Assembly: GCF_006345805.1 (NCBI RefSeq)
Contig: NC_043006.1
Location: 41,974,001 to 42,038,000, forward strand
Direction of reading: 5' to 3'
From: Octopus sinensis
Lineage: Eukaryota
Length of the DNA stretch: 64,000 bases
Shown here piece after piece: positions 12,808 through 25,759 of this stretch; position 1 is the first letter of the stretch, and every line of letters starts with the position of its first letter. The translations under genes were made by a program, and so were the position numbers. The notes beneath the pieces are model-generated. The model was given only the letters and a program-made list of their open reading frames with translations, was not told where the DNA came from and searched no databases.

Positions 12808-13268
12808 GTGAGAGAGCAGTATACCCATCATGACTACCCGTCTGATAAGGGCACACCAGGCACATGCATCACAACCATATGTGCGCGACATAGTGATCTC
12901 ATGTCAAGATAAATGGCTCTTGGTCTTGGAGGTGGGGACCAGTTAGAATTTTCTTCAGGTCGAGTAGCCCATCCCGTTCAAAGGTTCCCTGAATAAGGGT
13001 TGTTTAAAGATGTTGAACGAAGCATCCAAACCCCAAAGACTTCCTCTCAACGCATGGTTATGATGCTCCCCGACTACTTTGCTTGTGAGGCACATATCGT
13101 CAGCCACTAAGGGACAAGCTCAACTGGTTACGGTCAAGCAACTAACAAGCAAATCTGTGGTATTGAGCAGAATATTTGCTGTAGCACATTTTTTATACCA
13201 AGACAAAATAGTGTACATGATCAGTTAAGATCATAAGCCATGAGAGCCACTGCTTGGTTCTGCATCAT
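12808..13268 (-). mobile_element. ~480-bp non-coding retroposon family, copy 1
   Basis: Shares CATGACTACCCGTCTGATAAGGG...GTGCGCGACAT...GCAAATCTGTGGTATTGAGCAG with three other copies; strand inferred from the (AAT)n tail side. Confidence 0.8.
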
Positions 13269-13290
13269 CATCATTATTATTATTATTATC

Positions 13291-13465
13291 ATTATTATTG
13301 TTATTTTTCAGGTCACTGTCTGGAATCGAACTCGGAATCTTGGGGTTAGTAGCCCGCGCTCTTAACCACTATGCCATATGCCCACGGGCATATGGCGTAG
13401 TGGCTACTAACCCCAAGATTCCGAGTTCGATTCCAAGCAGTCACCTGAACAATAACAATAATAAT
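13291..13465. repeat. Head-to-head inverted pair of tRNA-like SINE heads (hairpin centred on CCC-AC-GGG at 13381-13388)
   Basis: Left arm read on - is GGGCATATGGCATAGTGGTTAAGAGCGCGGGCTACTAACCCCAAGATTCCGAGTTCGATTCC (A box, B box); the right arm is the same with a 13-nt deletion. Confidence 0.85.
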
Positions 13466-13489
13466 AATAATAATATAATAATAATAATA

Positions 13490-13521
<32 letters not shown>

Positions 13522-13680
13522 CAACAACATCGAAAAATACCTTAGGAATGAGAACCCAGATTCGAAATTTCCCCCAAGACACCTGAAGAAAGCTGGAGGG
13601 TATATCAGCTGAAACGTTGTGTTAAGAACAAAGATGAGGACAAATATCCGTCGAATGTCAATAATGAAAATAATGTTAAT
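13386..13680 (+). mobile_element. tRNA-headed SINE-like unit carrying a hammerhead ribozyme
   Basis: A box TGGCGTAGTGG, B box GAGTTCGATTCC, (AAT)n spacer, then HHR at 13578-13623; 3' end approximate. Confidence 0.65.
13578..13623 (+). ncRNA. Minimal type I hammerhead ribozyme
   Basis: Helix I GACAC/GTGTT; core CTGAAGA 13583-13589 plus one extra A; helix II AGCTG/CAGCT; GAAA 13611-13614; helix III palindrome ACGT; GTT triplet, predicted cut after 13618. Confidence 0.7.
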
Positions 13681-13707
13681 AATTACTCATCTCTTAAATA
13701 TAGAACT

Positions 13708-13746
<39 letters not shown>

Positions 13747-13748
<2 letters not shown>

Positions 13749-14660
13749 GTTTGACTCAGGTTCCTGGTAGGATTTATGTGAGTAGCAGGTTACTACCTAT
13801 AACCTTAGGTATCCACAAGTTTTCAGCAAACTATTAAGTGCTTAGAACCCTCCTGATAATCCTTGCTGTCCCAAACTTTCTCTTGGAGCTTACCGAGTGT
13901 TCTATTTCAATCAGCCATTTCTCTATATCTTTGCTTACTGTTCTCAACGCACCAGTTATTATAGGCACGACTTTTACTGTTCGCATGCTCCAAATTCTTC
14001 CTATTTCAAATTTTAAGATATTGTATTGTTTTTTCTTCTTCTTTTTTCACGATCCTGGAATCAAACTGGCATGATGGGTCGATTAGTAAGCAACTTCGTT
14101 TTCCTTAGTTATAATTGTTATGTCTTGTCCGTTGGAATAGGAAAATTTCTCAAAATCTTACATTTCTCAGACTCCAATACTCTTTCGACTTGATAACTGT
14201 ACCAAGCGTTTCCAGCTTGAAATCCCCATTTCTGGCACAGTTCCCTGTGTATAACTTCTACAACCTGGTCGTGCATCCATTTCTTATATTTCTCCTGTGC
14301 TAACTTGGGACATTCTTCCACAATGTGTGCCACTGTCTCGTGCCAAGTTCCACAGGCTCTATATTTTTCTGACACATTCTCTCCATATATATTTTTTCAA
14401 GTCGATTGTTTTTATCGCTTGATTTCGGGCTACTACAGTTAGGTTATCTGTTTCTTTTTTTCTTTAATTGCTCCTTTTTTAACCGAGCCCAAGATTTTGT
14501 CCCACATACATTTTCAATTGATCTCCAAAATTGGCCGTGCAGAGGTTTCTCTTCGGTTTGTCTAATGTGCTCGTATTTTATTTCATTCCTGTCTTTTTCA
14601 CCTCCGTTAGCTGTCGTTATGAAGTATTCTTTGGTGCTCTGTACTCTACTAGATAAAAGA
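13747..14660 (-). mobile_element. 5'-truncated R4/Dong-like RLE non-LTR retrotransposon 3' fragment
   Basis: CCHC knuckle RACGTWHETVAHIVEECPKLAQ...HDQV...IHRELC; RLE C-terminus; short 3' UTR ending in (AAT)n. Confidence 0.85.
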
Positions 14661-15142
14661 CGGGTATGTGTTTGTGTACTTTTCACATACACACGTGTGT
14701 GCGTGCGCGCGTGTGTGTGTGTGTGTGCGCGTATTTTGTGTGTGATTTGTCAACAGGGTCTATTGGCAGTTATTCATGAATTGTTGATGCTGGAACTCTA
14801 AATTTCATTGTCTATTGACTGAATAAGATTTTGCACTTATCGTTGTATATAAATCTATTGCTTCTTATCATAAATTGTGTTTTATCTCTTCCCTCTTCGT
14901 CAAATGCAGTAGTTATCTTAACATATAGGTACATGTAATCGTTACGCTTTCTTACCTGATCAAGAAAATGCAAATATCGTTCCATTAGAAGTATTTCCGT
15001 CTTTAAAATATACACAACATAATTTATATTCTATGTCTGGGAATAACAAGTCCACAATAACAATCCTCGTTTATCTAAGCTAAAATCCTTCACGGCTTCG
15101 TTTCCATGTAAACTAACTAATGCACTTTTTGTCCCCACCAAT

Positions 15143-15264
15143 TATAAACCTTTATTTCACACCAACTACGTCGACAACAACCACAACAGCAAGGAGACAA
15201 CAATAACAAGTGAAAGATTAATTATGACAGGAAAGCGTACAAAGATCAGCAACAACAACCTGTG
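15143..15264 (+). promoter_or_regulatory. Possible TATA box plus non-coding first exon of the + strand gene
   Basis: TATAAA at 15143, A-rich UTR-like tract, donor GTG|GTATGT at 15265. Motifs only. Confidence 0.18.
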
Positions 15265-15674
15265 GTATGTCTTCGGCGATTATAAGCGGTTTATGCGACA
15301 TTTGCTAAACAATGTTTTTCACACAGTTCCATTGAATTTCTCAATCATCGCGATCACTAAAGAATCCATAATTTAACTCGGATATAATACAGTGTTCTAA
15401 ACCTTCATTGTCTTAGAATAATGATCTATAATAAATATCGCAACAGGCATTGGCAACAATAAAACTTAGCTCGTAAAATCCTTCTACTGCAACTACGAAT
15501 ATATAATAATATATATTTATATATTCGTATGAGTGTGTGTGTGTGTATACTATATATATATATATATGCATAGTATACTATACATATATGTATAACGCAT
15601 ATACATCATCATTTAAACATTATGTATATGCATTCCTACATATAATATACATGCACACACACATATATGTATAT

Positions 15675-15767
<93 letters not shown>

Positions 15768-17254
15768 CATATACATATATATACATGTTGTGTGTGTGTT
15801 TGGCTCTGTCATAAGTCCTGAAAATATCGTTTTGCAATTGCGACCGCTTTATTCAGTATTCCGTTAGGGGAAGTGATCGGATTGCACATCCGATCCGTGT
15901 ATGAAATTCAACGGGTGCTTAGTGCTTGGTAATTTATATAAATATTGATGATCATGAGTAAACACCTTCACAAACTGCGACCGTTTTGTTGGGGTATCAA
16001 TGGGAATTTCAAGTACTTCGAATGTAAGTCCCTCTCATATTTTCTCATATTTAATTTCCTACATGTAAACTACCTACACTTGTCTCTCTTTCTCTCTACA
16101 CCCTTCTGTTTTTCGCTCTCCATCTCTCTCTCTCTCTCTTTTTTACTACACCTTTCTTTCTACACCTCTCATTATCCACCTATCCACCTATCCCCCTCAC
16201 TCTCTCCAATTCTCTCTTTTTTCTCCCTCTTTCTCTCACCTTCAGACGAATAACAAGGTTTGCATCGTTATATTCTTCACCCTTCATAAATATTCAGATT
16301 ATGACGCTTTTACAAAAACTCTCATAGACTCCTTTACATTTATCTGTGCACCAGTTTATTGCGACTGCATGTGTTACCCTATCTGATTTCGTTGTAGTCA
16401 ATTCTGTGGCTGTTGTACAATTTCAATTCAGAGCTTCGGTCGATGATCCAACTATTTACAGCAAAGTAATATGAGCCAGTGTTAATCCGATATCTAAATT
16501 CAATTTCAGAGTGTAGTATTTATGACGATAAACGTAAATCGTTTTGTAAAAGAATTAGAGCGGTTTTAACAGATGAAAAAGGCTTAAAGTTGAAAAATGG
16601 TATGATATTATGGTAAATATTATATGGATAAAACGGTACAGTTTTAAAATATTTTCTCTCTGATGTAACAAGAGAATATGAATGTGAACACAGTGACTGT
16701 GGTCTGAATTATAAGAAAACTCTGAATGATTGATGAAAGAAATATCCTCTCGTGTCTTCAGGTAAATTGCCGATAACAATATTTATATGCTGCGATGTGA
16801 ATAATAATAACTACTTTAAATGATATCAATCATATGTTGTGATAGTATAATCAACTTCTGATGATACATGGGGACATTTACAATAGCTGACTGTATCTGA
16901 TGTAGGCTTTTCAACACAAGAATCCTGAGCAGTTGTTAAAGCGTGCGTCTCTGATGAAGCCATTGATCCTGGTCAATATTTCGTAAGGAAAAGAAGAAAA
17001 CCAAACTGATTAGAAAATAAACAGTGGATTAATGCTTTACAGTGGCGAAAACAAATTCTCAAGAACGACGGTAAATGCTGTGGATGTTAGAAACGAAAAA
17101 CGTGTAATTACCATGTAAACTTACAAGGAACACGTATATCAAAATATATTCATATTTTCCAAATTCTAAAATACACTTTACCGTTCGTTTGCTAAATCTG
17201 TGCATTCAACAGTATTATATATCTCAGACGATATTTTTTCTCTCCTTACACTAG

Positions 17255-17377
17255 GCTACCAGTAACAGATTACACTACAACATATTTTGAGTCCTTCAGA
17301 CTACAGCTGCACCAACAGGATGACGCAGATTTATATGTGGATTTTACCATTATTTACTTATCTCATTTTACCCAAAG
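17255..17377 (+). CDS. Candidate exon with 5' UTR and signal peptide (CDS 17320-17377, MTQIYMWILPLFTYLILPK-G)
   Basis: Acceptor TTTTTTCTCTCCTTACACTAG|, donor AAG|GTAAGT; ATG with A at -3; hydrophobic 19-mer ending in a phase-1 intron, typical of secreted proteins. Confidence 0.55.
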
Positions 17378-18529
17378 GTAAGTTCCTCGCAAAATATATT
17401 CACTTATTTAATCTATTTATTTTCTAAAATCGATTTTTGTTTTCTGGTAACATAATGAACGACTCATTTACGTGGTTTAAGACATTTCATTGTTCTCTTT
17501 ACCAATAATTTTAATGCTTTTTCCTCACCATTAATTTTTTTCGACACCAATAACGTTCTAACAAATCCTTACTGACGTCAAAACTTAAGTGAAACTTAAC
17601 ATATGTTCAATAATTCTTCGTAGCTTTCAATAGATTTCAGTGTCCCTGAATCAATTATGGTATATGCTTTAGCTACCTCAGTTTCCGACTACAATCTCAA
17701 ATCTTTTCATCGGAAATTATTATAAAACTGTGTCTTGTTGCTGACGGATATAGCATAACAATACGTGCATGACGTTATCCGTGATGGGATCTTCATTCAG
17801 AGCTAAACCAAGTGTTTATTTACATACCGTATAGATTTGTAGTATCGGGATATATAAAATGAAGCCATTGAACGAGATTACGAAATATTTAATCTTTTAA
17901 AAGTAAATAAATCAGGAAACATTTGGATGCTACGAGAAGAAATTTTAACGATTCATAATAACTTTCTTCGTCAGAAATTAAACTTTGAACTAGTCTAAAC
18001 ACATTATCATAAAATAAGCCTTGAAGTAAAGCTTTTTGCGGAGATTGCGGCAACCATATTTGTAATAAAACAAGAGAAGTTTAGAGAGTTTTGTGAGCCT
18101 GATATTGGGTAGCATGTGAATACTCTTCTCCGAGTAGCATGAACAATGTTTGAAGCTGCAGAAAAGATAGAATAAAGAGATATATGTGAGTCACATGGTG
18201 AACAACTCCATGCGAATTAGTCGGATGGTTTGTAGTTTGGGTAGCTTTATACTTACTTAGAGTACTACCTCAGATATGAAAGAAGTAGTCCATTGAGGAT
18301 ATCAGATGCGTTTCAATTAAGTTAGGAGCTTTGGTGTTTTGTGTAATATCTGTCTTTCAAGTGGATGCCTGCCTTTGTGATATTGTCTTTGATACATTAA
18401 AGATGCGGGATTACCTGCAGATGTTATTAGAAATAGCGACGATTAAGAGCTGTAGTGACTGTGGGTGTTTTAGTTGTGTTCTATATATGTATGTATAACT
18501 TGCGATAGAGCACGAATATGTTTTCTTAT

Positions 18530-21000
18530 TAGGAGTGCGTTGACATTGTCTTTATACAATTGAAAGAGACAAAACTGGAAACATTTAAGGCCTTTGTTCA
18601 TGAAGGGTTAGCGTAGATTTGGCGTGAGGCGCCTGGAATGTATGTGGATGACGCTCGGAAAAGAAGTTTTGCATGACAGAGCTACAAAGATCGATATTAA
18701 CCCATTGCCTGCCATCAGCCCCATTTGGAAATCTGCTAAAAACAGTCTCACTGCCGGTTGTTTGTTGTTTTTAAAGTGAATTGCTTATGTACATTGCATC
18801 TGCAGAGGTGTATTTAACAATATTTAGTAGTTAAAGTTTGTCATTATTAAGTTCTGGCTAACTCTAGAGGACATTTTGTGTCATATATCGCAATTTTTGA
18901 AAACTACAAAAATATTGACTGTTTTGAAAACTTTTTTCTTTTTCTTTTTTGCATTTCCCATCTATATCATTCATTGATATTTCATACACATTCGCATTTG
19001 ATACTATAGTTTGCTGAAGAGAACTAATAGTACTGAAATATACTCTGAGTTGTCACCATGACTGCCAAAAGTTCTCTCCTTTTGCTCTCCGTTTAAATTT
19101 TAATTTTGGTAGATTGTAATTGTGCGAGTTCGCCTTCTTCACTTTACTCGGAAGATATTTTCATTAAATATTTCTCATTAATCATTGTAATTATAATTAA
19201 TGAAATGAAGGCATGTTGAACTTTTAAATGCCTATATTTATACTGTGCATACGTATATGTATATGCCCATATGCGTAGATACATACACACACACACACGC
19301 GCGCGCGCTCAGACACATACTAAACTCACTCACATATACACATACACGCACGTACACATACATATGTACATATATGAGTGTGCGTGGGGAGAGAGAGACA
19401 CTTTTAAGTTTGCACTGTAAACGAAATATTGAATTTCGTAATAACAAATCTTAAATTCTCGTCGTTTTACCGACCCCACAACTTCGCGATTCATATAAGA
19501 AACTATCTCATTACTTCGTTAGCCCGTAGAGAAGGCTATGTATCAGGCACACAATGCTTGCTTTCTGGAATGTTTTTGCTTGCACAACTTCGAACAACTT
19601 GGATAGCAAATTTATACAGTTTTTTTTTAATAAAGAAGCCACACTTGCTATCCTATCATATCATTCCAGCGTAAAGCAATAGCATTGGATACCAAACTAA
19701 CGATATAAAAATAGTAGACGGTGGGAGTAAAGAAATGTTGCGGACATTTTAGCATTTTCTTAACTTATTTTTTAAATAGATAATAATGAATATCAGAAAA
19801 TCAAAGTCGCCATGTAAAATTCAAATAGACTTCAAGATTTAAACCAACACGTACACACAATAAAATCACAGTGAATATAGACAAATATTCAGATTTGGTT
19901 AGATTATCTAACTACATTAGAACTTTTCTAACCCATTATCCTGCAAAAATCTATATCTAATCAAAGAAACAAGATCTTGAGCAAATCTCTTAAGTGTTTG
20001 TTGTTTTCCGTTAATAGTTATTGATTTCAAAGTTATCTAATATCTGTAGCAGGCAGATAACAGCTAAATCAACAAGTGCTGCCATCTAGGCCGCAGTAGA
20101 GTTGTCATCGAAACGTAAGGGATAGAGGCAAATAATCAGCAATGTTCAACCTGTATAAGTCTTATATCGAAAGGATAAAAAGCTTCCAGGTTCTACGTTT
20201 TGAAAGACAAAAAGTATATTTACCACATTGGTGTTAGAATTGAAATCTGAAGTCCTAAGGTCAATGAAATGTCTCTCCAAATCTGGTCTGTTTTTGGCAA
20301 TCGTGACAAAACGTTTATCCTTCACTGTTTACTGAATCGGTTGTTGAACATTTTTACCGAACTGTCAAATATTACAGGGAAGAAGAATTATTTTGAGTCG
20401 AAGAGACATCCATTTTTACTTACTCATCACTAAAGGTTGTACTTATAATCTCCATAATTCAAGATTACATAACTGCTGACGTTATTTTCACCTCACCAAA
20501 TGTAATTTCATTACCACAAGCAGATCAGGGGATAATTTTTACACTTACAGCATATTAAGTCAATTGATTTCAACGACTAGTGATAAACCTCAGGCTTTCA
20601 TATTATGCAAACACTTAAAACTATAAAGAAACATTAAAAGAATTTAAAAGTACATATCTTATTGGTATTTTAGAAAACTAAGTGTCCAAATGTAGTTAAT
20701 GAAGACCATAGCAGCCAGGCTGAAACACAGTGAATTCCCACCAGGTCCTATATGCGAATTTGGACTCCCAGTAAACTTTAATGCACCGATGTGCTGATGA
20801 AATTTGGGCGCGTCTAATATGTTAGGGGGTCTTTTATAACATTGTTTTCTTGCTTTTAATAACTAAGTTTCTGTTAGCTTAGTGAAAAATGAAGTGATGT
20901 CAAAATGAAGTATTAATTTCGTTAATCAAAGTAATGGTGAAATCTATGATACTCATGAATTGTTCAAAATATTAGAGAGGAAGATAATTGTAAGAAAATA
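18530..21000 (+). mobile_element. Possible highly decayed APE-type LINE remnant
   Basis: VDIVFIQ(LK)ETKL at ~18540 (DIxxxQET endonuclease motif) and CADEI at ~20790 (YADD-like); heavily decayed and interrupted. Confidence 0.25.
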
Positions 21001-21397
21001 AATTAAAATGGCTTCCAGGCATAGAGATTTCAAACTCAGCACGTTGTTTGTGTCCATCTACTCTATTTCGTTCACCACACATCCGGTATTCAATAATGAA
21101 GGAAAGTTCAATATCAATCTATCCAACATCCATTCTTCCTTTCATTAGCGTTGTCCCCTTTTGTTTCCATTTCGTTTCTATTATCTAACTTTTTTTCTTC
21201 TTTTCAATTCCTTTTTAATTTTCTTTTCCATTTTTACTTCTTTTATATTGATGTACATTCTGATGTTATTGTTCAATCATACTGTCACGTTTCCGTAAAA
21301 CGAAGCACAAATATTTGAAGATCTATAAATACATTTTCGTAGGCATGCATAAACAACGTATAAGGTGATATTATAAACGTACGTTATTATTAGTATT

Positions 21398-21429
<32 letters not shown>

Positions 21430-21636
21430 TAGAGGTGGTACCATATCCAATGAAGGTTATCAGAGGCATTGTTATGACTAGTTGAAAGCTAAATTAATGT
21501 TGTTGCTGCTGCTGCTGCTGTTATAGTTGGTGTTACTTTCGTTACGTTGAGCTGCCGAAATGGGTAGCACTACCGACAAAATGCGTAGGATCACTTCATC
21601 TGTGTTTATGTTCTGAGCTAAAATTCCATCGAGACA

Positions 21637-22145
21637 GTCAAAATGACACTGGGGTAAAATATACGAAGCCCAGTATACCTATAACGACTACTGATAAGGG
21701 TACACCAGGCTCATGCATCACAACCATATGTGCGCGACATGGTGATCTCATAGCAAGATAAACAGTGCATGAACTTGCAGGTGGAGCCCTGTCAGAATTT
21801 TATTTTCCAGGTTGAGTAGCCCATCCCGTTCAAAAAGTCCCTGAATAAGGGTTGTTTAAGGATGTTAAACGAAACATACATGCCTTCAGGTCCATTATTC
21901 AAATTCTAAAAAGAATTCCTCTCAGCACATGGCTGTGATGCTTCCCCACTACTTCTGCTTGTGATCAGAGATGGACATATTGTCAACCATTAAGGGACAT
22001 GCTCAACTGGTTAAGGTCAAACAAGTGACAAGCAAATCTGTGATATTGAGCAAAATATTTTATACCAAGACAAAGCAATGTACATAACACTTAAAATCAG
22101 TTAAGATCAAAAGCCATGAGAGCCAGTGCCTTGAACTGCATCAGG
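21637..22145 (-). mobile_element. ~480-bp retroposon family, copy 2
   Basis: Same blocks as 12808-13268 and 27781-28246. Confidence 0.8.
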
Positions 22146-22172
22146 GCATTATTACTATCATTATTGTTGCTG

Positions 22173-22202
<30 letters not shown>

Positions 22203-22203
<1 letters not shown>

Positions 22204-22900
22204 ATGAAAACTCAAAGCTTATTTTGCTGGGTATCATGGAAAGTGTCAGCTGTCCACAACCAGAAGCCTAAGGTAACATTTGCTTCAAGAACCCTGCAAG
22301 AATTCTTGCAGTTCCAAGCAATGCTGATTTTTGTGGGTGTTCTACGTTCAAACTTGCACCAATCTTTTTCAGCCATGTTGGTAGTTGAATGCTGATACTT
22401 CCAAGTGCACCAATTACTATTGATATCACGTCTACTCTCTTCGCTGACCACAACCTTCATATTCCCCGCTTTAAATAGGCACAGTAGTTTATTTTTCGTT
22501 CTTCTTTCACATTGATCCTGTTGTTCCCGCGACATGCTATGTCGATTATCTTACATGCTCTTAATTTTTAATTCACTACAACCATGTCCAGTCCCCGATG
22601 TCTGGTCGGGTGATCGCACTGGATAATTGCATCTCACAGGATTTTGCAATTTTCATTTTCGATGACTCCTTCAGGAGTTAGCTTATACCACATCTTTCCT
22701 CTGTGTAGGCCGCGATTTCTACAGAGCTCCCAATGGATCATTATTGCCAGCTGAGCATGCTATATCTATGATCCAGTATAGTTTGTTTTCTTTCCCAATT
22801 AAAACTATATCAGGCTTCCTATTCTCTATCTTATGGTCGCACTGAATCCCACATGATCTTTGCATTATCATTTTCGATGATGCCTAAGAGTTTGTGGTTG
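22203..22900 (-). mobile_element. R4/Dong-like RLE LINE 3' fragment
   Basis: DVISIVIGALGSI...QKSALLGTARIL motif; 3' end abuts (TAA)n at 22180-22202. Confidence 0.85.
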
Positions 22901-23452
22901 TACCAATTTAAGCCTAGTACTTTTTGGTCTCTTTTGCCGAACCACTAAGTTACGGGGACGTAAACACACCAGCATCGGTTGTCAAGTGATGTTGGGGAGA
23001 CAAACACAGACACAAAAACACACACACACATACATATATATACACATATATACGTATTTCTTTACTACCCACGAGGGGCTAAACACAGAGAGGACAAACA
23101 AGGACAGACAAACGGATTAAGTCGATTACATCGACCCCAGTGTGTAACTGGTACTTATTTAATCGACCCCGAAAGGATGAAAGGCAAAGTCGACCTCGGC
23201 GGAATTTGAACTCAGAATGTAGCGGCAGACGAAATACCTCTAAGCATTTCGCCCGGCATGCTAACGTTTCTGCCAGCTCGCCGCCTATATATACACATAT
23301 ATACGACAGGCTTCTTTCAGTTTCCTTCTACCAAATCCACTCACAAGGCTTTGGTCGGCCCGAGGCTATTGTAGAAGACACTTGCCCAAGGTGCCATGCA
23401 GTGGGACTGAACCCGGAACCATGTGGTTCGTAAGCAAGCTACTTACCACACT
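22900..23452 (-). mobile_element. OK-like SINE with a second SINE (23055-23283, -) nested in its internal microsatellite
   Basis: Tail 22900-23050, head 23300-23452; the insert matches the GGCGAGCTGGCAGAA family. Confidence 0.85.
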
Positions 23453-24349
23453 ATTCCTTTAAGTATTAAACATGCAAACACGAAAGAAACAGCAGCAAAA
23501 TCTACTAAAAAAAAGCAAGATAACACCGATATCTGAACATCTAAATCCGCAAAAGTACACTAACTGAACGGGAATTCACGCAAACACGAAAACCAAGCTT
23601 AATAAAAACACCAAGAAAAACAACAAAAAACAAACAACTGCAATAACAATGACTACAAGATATGTAACAACACCAACAGCCAAGTACATAGCAAGACCCC
23701 CAACAACATACACTGTTAAAAATACATAAAACTGTTGATGGAGAAGTGCATAACGCGACATAAACGACAGTAAGATATAAATTAAACAAACCAGCAATTA
23801 GACTTCTGGTGAAAAGACGAGTCATTCGGCAGCATAGAATGTTATTTATTTATTTATATATTTATTCATTTATTCGCAAACAATGATACTATGGAATTTT
23901 ATAGTCTGGCCTTGCAGACGTATAAAATTTGATTTTTTTGGTAAAGAATTTTTTTTCTTTATTTATGTACATGGATAAAATGGTTAGAAGAAAGAAATAG
24001 CAGCCACGCCTTTGAAAGAAAAAAAATATATGAAAATGAATACTGCCATACAAACCAAAAAAAAAGTGAATAAGAATTTATTTACAGCAAGACAGGCGTT
24101 ATAAAAGAAAATAGAGAATGAAGAAAATTTTTCACATTTCTATAAACAATGCCAAAGGCACGAACAAAACTATCGATTTTTCAGCTACTATCATGATCAC
24201 AACATTCACACACACATACAGATACACACATACATACATACATGCATACATAAATACATACATACATACATACATACATACATACATACATACATACATA
24301 CATAAATACATGAAGAGGAAGAAACAAAAATACACACACGCATACACAT

Positions 24350-25400
24350 GCTAAGAGAAATGGTTAACACAACGATTTTAGGAGTGGCACTTCCACCCGT
24401 GTACCCAACATCACAGAAACGCCAGATATGGCAAAACTCAACCAAAAGGTGGCATCCAAGTAAAACTATTCGAGGTGAGACAGTTTCTCGTCTAAAAAGT
24501 ATGTCCACGTATGTGTGCATAATAAAAAAATAGTGTTCAGTTGTCCTCAAAACAACTGATGGCGGAAGATGTCGTCAATGAAGTCGCTACTCAAACCGAC
24601 AAAACTCGTCTGGGTTGTTTTTATAATCGGTACAAAAAGAAAAAAACACCGAGGAAGATCACGGAAATGTTCAGGTACACATCTACTCATTTTGTTTCTT
24701 TTTATGATCAAATATTCGCGTTACAGAGGGTGACTGGGAAGAGCATCGGGGACAAGACAATGATTCCTGGCTCGTTGTTATTGTCTGTTCCCGTCTGGGT
24801 GGATGATCAGTGAAGAAGTGACACGAAGGGGTGTATAATAGTAGTTGGAATGCTCTAATGAACTTTGAATAATTCAAAGCCATTGGGAAACTGTAAACAG
24901 GTGAGTGTGAAGAAGCGAAGAGCATGAGACTTAAGATACAGTACAAAATCTTAGTTGTTAAGGAACCCGTTGAGGAATTTCTGAAAAGCTGAAGTTAAGA
25001 AGAGGAGGCGAATTAGAACGCGAGTCAGTCTCCAAAGCAACGTCTGTGACGGAACCAAGACGGACTGGAGACCCAATACGCCATCACTCACGAAAGCAAA
25101 TTATGGCCTTTTTCTCTTCTCAGCAGCATTGCTCTATTATTGTATGATTAAGAAGAGAACAAAGAGAACCAATAAAGGCAAACTGGAAGAGTCTCATAAG
25201 AAGGATAACATAACCGGAAAGTAACCAAAGCGGTACAAGGACAAACTGATGACATCACCATGTTTGTCATATAGTGTTTAGTACACGTTTGCTCCATATA
25301 TTCCTTCTCACTCACATGTGTCTACATATTACCCGGTATATTTAGCTTCCTACTCCATGTGTCTGTAGTTTTTTGTGACTAGATATTAGTTCTGCGCAGC
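24350..25400 (+). mobile_element. Decayed L1/Tx1-like LINE remnant
   Basis: GCIIVVG (IxxGDFN-like) near 24830 and TDDITMFV (YADDxTxFV-like) near 25247; many disruptions. Confidence 0.35.
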
Positions 25401-25692
25401 TAATATAAAAGCCTCTTTTCTGCTTTTAGTCTAAAACTGTTTATCCATTGTTTTGCATTTATTTATTTATTTATTGTTATTTATGTAAATATCTCTCTGT
25501 AATGTGGCTAGTTCCAACTTTGTGTTCCATATTTTCTTTACATTATTGTAAAACGCCATCGAATCTGCAGTTCAGCCCCTGACGGGACATGCCATGCCGG
25601 TTATCAGCGTCACAGGGCTGGTTAAATTGTTCGTGATCTTGCTTGGCCCAAAACTTTGGATGATAAGGAACTGGACGATTATTATTATTATT

Positions 25693-25745
<53 letters not shown>

Positions 25746-25759
25746 TATTCTTATTACTA

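Noticed and set aside
15875-15895. Small perfect hairpin GATCGGAT-TGCAC-ATCCGATC
   Set aside because: An 8-bp stem is expected by chance or within repeat remnants.
16670-16761. Possible UTR exon ending CAG|GTAAAT
   Set aside because: The site reads equally well as an acceptor; no frame support.
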